The position numbers and the translations under genes were made by a program. The notes under the pieces are model-generated. The model worked only from the letters and a program-made list of their open reading frames with translations, was not told the DNA's origin and did no database searches. Shown piece after piece: positions 58,850-64,000 of a stretch of DNA of 64,000 nt. Within the stretch, counting starts at the first letter, position 1; the number at the start of each line of letters is the position of its first letter. This DNA is from a virus: positions 28,878 through 92,877 of the IMG/VR virus record IMGVR_UViG_3300026078_000024; one strand, given 5' to 3'.

Positions 58850-59181
58850 GCAAAGTAACGATCAGTGAACCGTATGTCGTCGGAGAGAAACCCTCCCCGC
58901 TGGTGTATCAGTTCCTCGACTCGAACGGGACGGCGATCAACATCACCGGGTACACCGCGAAGTTCCAGTGGCAGGAGAGGGACGGTGCGGCCACAAGCGC
59001 CAGTGCCACGGTCTCGGACGGCCCGAACGGCAAGGCGCAGTACACGTTCACCGGGAACGAGTTCTCCACTGCCGGTCACTACCGCGCTCAGTTCTGGGTG
59101 GGCAACGGGACGAACCGGTACGCGTCCGTAGACATCGTCTTCACCGTCGTCCTGCCGGTCGGCACGGCGCCGAGCATCTGA
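58846..59181 (+). CDS. BppU-like Ig-fold structural protein
   Basis: INITGYT, DGPNGKAQY, GHYRAQF. Confidence 0.65.
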   Translation: MSKVTISEPYVVGEKPSPLVYQFLDSNGTAINITGYTAKFQWQERDGAATSASATVSDGPNGKAQYTFTGNEFSTAGHYRAQFWVGNGTNRYASVDIVFTVVLPVGTAPSI

Positions 59182-59192
59182 GGGAGTGAATC

Positions 59193-59594
59193 ATGGCCAA
59201 CAGCAGCGTATCGGTCACCCCCGGCTCGGGCGTGAACATCGACTCACATCAAATCGGGTCCGGTGACCAGCAGCAGATCATCAGGACGGCCAAGGCCGAC
59301 ACGGTCAGTGCGGCGGCGAACACCACGTGGGCGGTCTCGACCACGGCGGCTCAGTCGCAGATCGCGGCCGACGAGAACCGGGTCGGGATGCTGATCTACA
59401 ACGCGTCCACGGTCCGGGTGTATATCCGGTACGACAACACCGCGCCGACCACGTCCGGCTCAAACGCCCACTGGTATCTCGATGCCGGAGACCGGTACGA
59501 GGTCCCGGACACCTTCTGCCAGCTCGCTGTGTCGATCGTGGCTTCCGTCTCCGGAACCGGCACGGTGAACTTCGCACTCGGGACGGAGACCTGA
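59193..59594 (+). CDS. virion structural protein
   Basis: V.VTPGSG, R.GMLIYN.S...YI jelly-roll-like pattern. Confidence 0.65.
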   Translation: MANSSVSVTPGSGVNIDSHQIGSGDQQQIIRTAKADTVSAAANTTWAVSTTAAQSQIAADENRVGMLIYNASTVRVYIRYDNTAPTTSGSNAHWYLDAGDRYEVPDTFCQLAVSIVASVSGTGTVNFALGTET

Positions 59595-59596
59595 TC

Positions 59597-61357
59597 ATGC
59601 CCCTCGCACCGTTCCAGCCGTTCGACATTCCCGACTACTGGTGTGTCTTCGGCCACTCGTACATGCAGTACGCCTTCGGCACCTTCTACCAGACCGGCCG
59701 AGCCGACGCCCTGTTCTTCGCGACCATGGACACCGAACCGTTCAACAAGCAGAACTGGGCGGTCAACGGATCCCGGGCGTGCATCGAGGGGTACTCCACC
59801 GGCGGGTTCGCCCGGTTCTACAAGGGATCGAAGAAGCCGCAGCGCGGCGGCCCGTACGTGTCCAACGGCGGCGCCATGATGATCTGCTGGGGGATCAACG
59901 ATCTCGGCCTCGTCGGCAACACCACGCAGATCAAGACAGCCGTTCAGCACGCCTTCCGGGCGATCATCAGCCGGTGGCGCGCATCGGTGATCTACGAGAA
60001 CGACTTCCAGGTGGGCACGAGGACGTCGTACGGCGCCGGGTTCGGGTCCGTCTCGGCCCCCGGCTACACATCGAACGACACGGCCCACTGGTGCACTGCT
60101 ACCACGAACGCCAACTTCACCCTCACCCTCCCGTCCGACTACAACGGCGAGACGGTGGCCGTGACGCTGGTCGGTGCGGGCGGTGTCTCCGGCGGCATCG
60201 TCACCTGGGGCGGCACGACCGGCGTATCCGGCACCACCTCCACGTCGAACATCCTCCCGTCCTCCGCCGTGTCCCACTGCCCGGTGGTCAAGAGGTTCAC
60301 CGGCCTCACGTCCGCGAACGCCGGACAGACGATCACCGGCACGGTGAACACCCTCGACTCCGGCGGCGCGGTCATGCTCGATTTCTGGGCGCTGGAATCG
60401 CAGAACCCGGCCCCCATCATCGTCTGCAACACGGCCCGCCTCACCGCCTCCGGCTACACCACCAACTACCCGTCCTGGTCCGGCACCGAAGCGTCTCGTG
60501 ATCAGGACGTGGTCGACCTCAACGCCAACACCACGGCAGTGGTCGCGGAGTTCGATTCCATGGTCCAGATCGCCGACGTCGATTCTGTGATCAACAAGCA
60601 GGCATCGTTCCTGTTCTCCGACGGCCTGCACCCGAACGAATTCGGGTCGGCCGCGATCGTGGATGCGATCGCGGCGGCCCGGAAGAACCTGCGCCCCACG
60701 AACGCGTACAAGACCCGGAACTTCAACGTCCCGGCCCCGCGCGCGTCGGCCGTCCGGAAGCCTCGCCGGTCCGGTCTGTGGTACACCGCCGACAACGTCC
60801 CGCCCCCGGCCGCGACCACGGCCACGGTCGGTTCGGCCGGTGATCTCTGGGCGATCCCGGTGATCGTCACTGAGGCCACGGAGTTCTGGAACCGGCTCAC
60901 AATCGAAATGTCGTCCACGGCGACCACCGGCGCCACGATCCGCTGGGGGATCTACGACAATGTGGCCTGGGACGCGTACCCGGGCGAGATCGTCTCGGAG
61001 CCGACGGCGGCCTCCGGCCCTCTGTCGACCGGCACGACGGCGGCCGTGGTGCAGTCCCCCACCGGCGGTAACGGATCTTTCCAGACCGTCATGGACCCGG
61101 GGCTCTACTGGCTGAGTCTTCTCGTGGTCACCGTCGGATCGACTCCCAGTTGGAGAACGATCCAAGGACCGAACGGGGTCATGCCGAACACGTCCAGTAC
61201 GGGCGCTCTCGACCAGACCCTCGCCACGATCAAGAACGGATACAAGGCGACCGGTGTGGCCACGTCCGCCATGCCGACGAGCTGGCCGAGCGGCGGAACG
61301 GCGACCGCGAACGCGCCCTATATCGGGTTCCAGGTCAACATCAACGCGACGAACTGA
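59597..61357 (+). CDS. SGNH/GDSL hydrolase-domain virion protein
   Basis: FGHS (block I), AVNG, WGIND, DGLHPN. Confidence 0.8.
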   Translation: MPLAPFQPFDIPDYWCVFGHSYMQYAFGTFYQTGRADALFFATMDTEPFNKQNWAVNGSRACIEGYSTGGFARFYKGSKKPQRGGPYVSNGGAMMICWGINDLGLVGNTTQIKTAVQHAFRAIISRWRASVIYENDFQVGTRTSYGAGFGSVSAPGYTSNDTAHWCTATTNANFTLTLPSDYNGETVAVTLVGAGGVSGGIVTWGGTTGVSGTTSTSNILPSSAVSHCPVVKRFTGLTSANAGQTITGTVNTLDSGGAVMLDFWALESQNPAPIIVCNTARLTASGYTTNYPSWSGTEASRDQDVVDLNANTTAVVAEFDSMVQIADVDSVINKQASFLFSDGLHPNEFGSAAIVDAIAAARKNLRPTNAYKTRNFNVPAPRASAVRKPRRSGLWYTADNVPPPAATTATVGSAGDLWAIPVIVTEATEFWNRLTIEMSSTATTGATIRWGIYDNVAWDAYPGEIVSEPTAASGPLSTGTTAAVVQSPTGGNGSFQTVMDPGLYWLSLLVVTVGSTPSWRTIQGPNGVMPNTSSTGALDQTLATIKNGYKATGVATSAMPTSWPSGGTATANAPYIGFQVNINATN

Positions 61358-61366
61358 GGGACGATC

Positions 61367-62158
61367 ATGGCTACCACTGACTTCGGTCCTTGCGCCGACT
61401 GGCCCTGCCGGTGGATCTGTGACGTCTCGTCCGAGTCGCCGACGGCCACCGGCGCGGCCGTGACGGCTGCCACCTACGTCCTGTGGGCCCTCTCCGGTCG
61501 CCAGTACGGGACGTGCACGACCACTCTCCGGCCATGCCGCCGGGAGTGTTACGACGATGCCTGGTGGAACACGTACGCGGCCCCGTGGTCCACGTACACC
61601 GATTACGTCGGCTCCACCTACCCGTGGTTCGTTCTCGGGTGCGGCGGGTGCCGTGGCACCTGCTCCTGCTCGCAGATCTCCGAGGTGCTCCTCCCGTCCC
61701 CGGTCCAGTCGATCACCACGGTCAAGCTGGACGGGGTGGCAGCGCCGACCGGGTCCTACCGTCTCGACAACAACCGGCTGCTTGTCCGGACGGACGGCCA
61801 GGTCTGGCCCCGGTGCAACGATCTTTCCAAGGACGACACCCAGGCAGGGACGTGGTCGGTGACGGCGGTCTACGGCCAGCCGGTTCCGAAGATGGGTGAG
61901 GTCGCCATGGGCGAACTCGCCTGCGAGATCTTGAAGGCGATGAACGGCGAGGAGTGCCGCCTCCCTGCCGGAGTGACTCAGCTCACCCGGCAGGGGGTGT
62001 CGGTCTCCGTTCCCGATATCGGGTCGATCTTCTCGAACGGCCGGACCGGGTTGTATCTCGTCGACATGTTCCTGATCTCCGCCAACCCGAAAAAGATCAT
62101 GCAGCGCGGCCGGATCTTCTCGCCGGATAGGACGATCCACCGGAGGGCCGGGACGTGA
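61367..62158 (+). CDS. head-to-tail adaptor
   Basis: LWALSGRQYG.C...RPC, ELACE, RQGVS, TGL..VD. Confidence 0.8.
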   Translation: MATTDFGPCADWPCRWICDVSSESPTATGAAVTAATYVLWALSGRQYGTCTTTLRPCRRECYDDAWWNTYAAPWSTYTDYVGSTYPWFVLGCGGCRGTCSCSQISEVLLPSPVQSITTVKLDGVAAPTGSYRLDNNRLLVRTDGQVWPRCNDLSKDDTQAGTWSVTAVYGQPVPKMGEVAMGELACEILKAMNGEECRLPAGVTQLTRQGVSVSVPDIGSIFSNGRTGLYLVDMFLISANPKKIMQRGRIFSPDRTIHRRAGT

Positions 62159-62664
62159 GCCAGATCAAGGGCGACGACAAGTGGTTCCAGGTCTGCAACA
62201 TCATCCTGGGTGCGGCCAAGGCGGGGTTGGTCAAGCCGGTGAACCGGTACCTGATCACCACGGGGCAGATCGCCCATGACGACTGCTGTGACGGACAGCT
62301 CGCCGTCTCGTACACCCGGACCTCACCGACGGAGTCCTTCCCCACGGAACAGGTCACCAAGGTCGGCCTGGACTGTGACCCGGCGTACGAGATCGGGGAG
62401 ATCACTGTGTCGATCACCCGGTGTGCTCCGCAGGCCCTCAACAGCCAGAACGCCCCCTCACCTGACGCCCTGACGGCGCATGCCCAACAGAACATGATCG
62501 ACGCGAACCAAATCCGCCGGTCCGTGTCCGTGGCACTGTGCCAGGTGCACTCCGACATGACCTCGGGTCTGGACTACTTCGTCCGGTCACAGCTCATGAT
62601 CGGCCCCGAGGGCGCATGCGACGGCTCCGAACTGTACCTGTACGTCGGTCTCGCGGCAGGATGA
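62155..62664 (+). CDS. tail terminator-like protein
   Basis: DDCCDGQL, RCAP, GPEGAC; position in the operon. Confidence 0.65.
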   Translation: MSQIKGDDKWFQVCNIILGAAKAGLVKPVNRYLITTGQIAHDDCCDGQLAVSYTRTSPTESFPTEQVTKVGLDCDPAYEIGEITVSITRCAPQALNSQNAPSPDALTAHAQQNMIDANQIRRSVSVALCQVHSDMTSGLDYFVRSQLMIGPEGACDGSELYLYVGLAAG

Positions 62665-62668
62665 TCAC

Positions 62669-63058
62669 ATGGCACAGGATTTCGTGGTCGTGGACCCCCG
62701 CAAGGGGATGTTGCTGGCTGAACGGTCGGCGGTCGCCCTGGTGGCGCAGACGACGGAACGGGTTGCCATGGCGGCGCGCGCCATGGCGCCGGGATCCATG
62801 AAAACCAAGATCCGCGCCGTGCCGAGCAAGGGCATCGGACTGGTGATCAGTGATCACCCGGCGACGATGTTCGTGATCTACAAGACCAAGCCGCACATCA
62901 TCATGGCCAAGAGGGCGGGCGGCTACCTGAAGTTCCAGGTGAAGAACTCCAGTGACTTCACCTTCGTCGGTCCGTCTCCGCATCGGTTCGTCCGGCACCC
63001 GGGCAACCAGCATCCGAACAACTTCCTGCTCAAGGCCCTGGAAGCGTCCAAGTTCTGA
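62669..63058 (+). CDS. neck/HK97 gp10-like protein
   Basis: TKPHII, VRHPG..PNNFL..AL. Confidence 0.7.
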   Translation: MAQDFVVVDPRKGMLLAERSAVALVAQTTERVAMAARAMAPGSMKTKIRAVPSKGIGLVISDHPATMFVIYKTKPHIIMAKRAGGYLKFQVKNSSDFTFVGPSPHRFVRHPGNQHPNNFLLKALEASKF

Positions 63059-63128
63059 CGATCATGCAGGTCTGCATCTCTGGTGAGTTATGCAGTGGCA
63101 TGGCTTACGGTGTATAGCACGATCCAAA

Positions 63129-63283
63129 TGATCAAGCGCTGACCAGGTAAAACTCTTTTGATCTTACCCCTGGTCCACTCATACCTTGGACCCTAAACGA
63201 TCTCGTTAGCGGGGCAGCCAGAGGTTTTCTCACCCTACGTGTTGGTAACTTTTCTTATTACCACGCTGGGCAACCGGATACCC
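63129..63283 (+). repeat. dispersed ~150-bp intergenic element, copy 3
   Basis: Core at 63195-63228. Confidence 0.95.
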
Positions 63284-63346
63284 ATGCAGGACGGCGCATA
63301 CAGGGTTCCGGAAAGATCTTGAGCCTCGACGCGCTACGTTGATCAA

Positions 63347-63799
63347 ATGAAGGATTTCACGAGGCAGCCCCGCGTAGTCGAGTTCATGATCAACGATGAT
63401 CATTTCCGTGGAAAGCCGTTCCTGGCGGCTCAGACGATGATCGACTTCACCCTGAAGGTCGACAAGCTCGGGGAAGACATCACCGCGCAGCAAGGGTTCG
63501 ATCTCATGTCCGAGTCCCTCGCACTGGTCCTCATGCCGGACAGCATGAAGCGGTTCAAGGACCGGATGATCGACCCCTCCAACCCGGACGCGGCATCCCT
63601 GACCGGCCAGCCGCCGATCGAGCTTCCACAGGTGAACGAGATCATCGAGTGGATCATGGAGGAGTACGGGATGCGCCCCCCAGCGTCTCCGCCGACCTCA
63701 TCGGATGGGCCCTCACCCCAGGGCGGTGGAGCGAACTCAACGGAGAGGCCGCAGGACGTGGTGTCGATCTCCTCGGGCTCCCAGCAGACCAGTTTCTAG
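63347..63799 (+). CDS. tail assembly chaperone (short form)
   Basis: MKDFT...PI.L.QVNEIIEWIMEEYGMRP. Confidence 0.8.
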   Translation: MKDFTRQPRVVEFMINDDHFRGKPFLAAQTMIDFTLKVDKLGEDITAQQGFDLMSESLALVLMPDSMKRFKDRMIDPSNPDAASLTGQPPIELPQVNEIIEWIMEEYGMRPPASPPTSSDGPSPQGGGANSTERPQDVVSISSGSQQTSF

Positions 63800-64000
63800 A
63801 CTTCGTCTACTTTTCGATGATCGCTCGACTGGCGCCGGACGAGAACTACGACACGACGGCCGCGCGGAAAGAGCTTGATCAACAACTGAGCGTTCTCCGG
63901 TGGAAGGTCCCGGGCGGCAGCCGGTTCGAGGACGTGGAGATCGAGGAAGGCGCACCGTCCTGGTGGGCGGGCGACGAAGAGGCTAGTCAGTCTTCCCTCG
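63682..64000 (+). CDS. tail assembly chaperone -1 frame extension (truncated by window end)
   Basis: Open -1 frame from CGC CCC CCA: SVSADLIGWA...GVDLLGLPADQFLDFVYF...APSWWAGDEEASQS. Confidence 0.65.

Overview
High-GC actinobacteriophage (siphovirus-like) genome segment. The host is probably Streptomyces or a related actinomycete, inferred from Rpf and signal-peptide style. The architecture resembles mycobacteriophage cluster B/Rosebush. Left arm (mostly minus strand, 1-19.6 kb): a nucleotide-sugar and glycosyltransferase cluster, a secreted GH16, an RHH/ParB/DGQHR-like operon, RuvC, an SSB-like protein, a PD-(D/E)xK exonuclease and an SF2 helicase. Rightward from 19.7 kb: one 1471-aa TOPRIM primase-SF3 helicase-PolA fusion; a 7-deazaguanine DNA-modification cluster (ParB-TGT-like fusion, queF, queC, queD, a CxxxCxxCC FliB/YkgJ-like protein, queE, folE) followed by TerS, GNAT and ABC ATPase; tRNA-Pro(CGG); peptidases; a secreted Rpf-NlpC/P60-LysM protein; TerL; holin-like genes; portal; a 2H-phosphoesterase/MuF/protease fusion; two capsid proteins; tail genes; and a frameshifted tail chaperone cut by the window end. 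Non-coding highlights: a ~150-bp element present three times (9.9, 44.8 and 63.2 kb) with an invariant 34-bp core; a ~280-nt multi-hairpin RNA candidate with its own promoter upstream of TerL; a minigene cassette flanked by 25-bp inverted repeats; and a candidate origin inside the replicase gene. No integrase or CRISPR array was seen. All calls come from reading motifs by eye, with no database searches.
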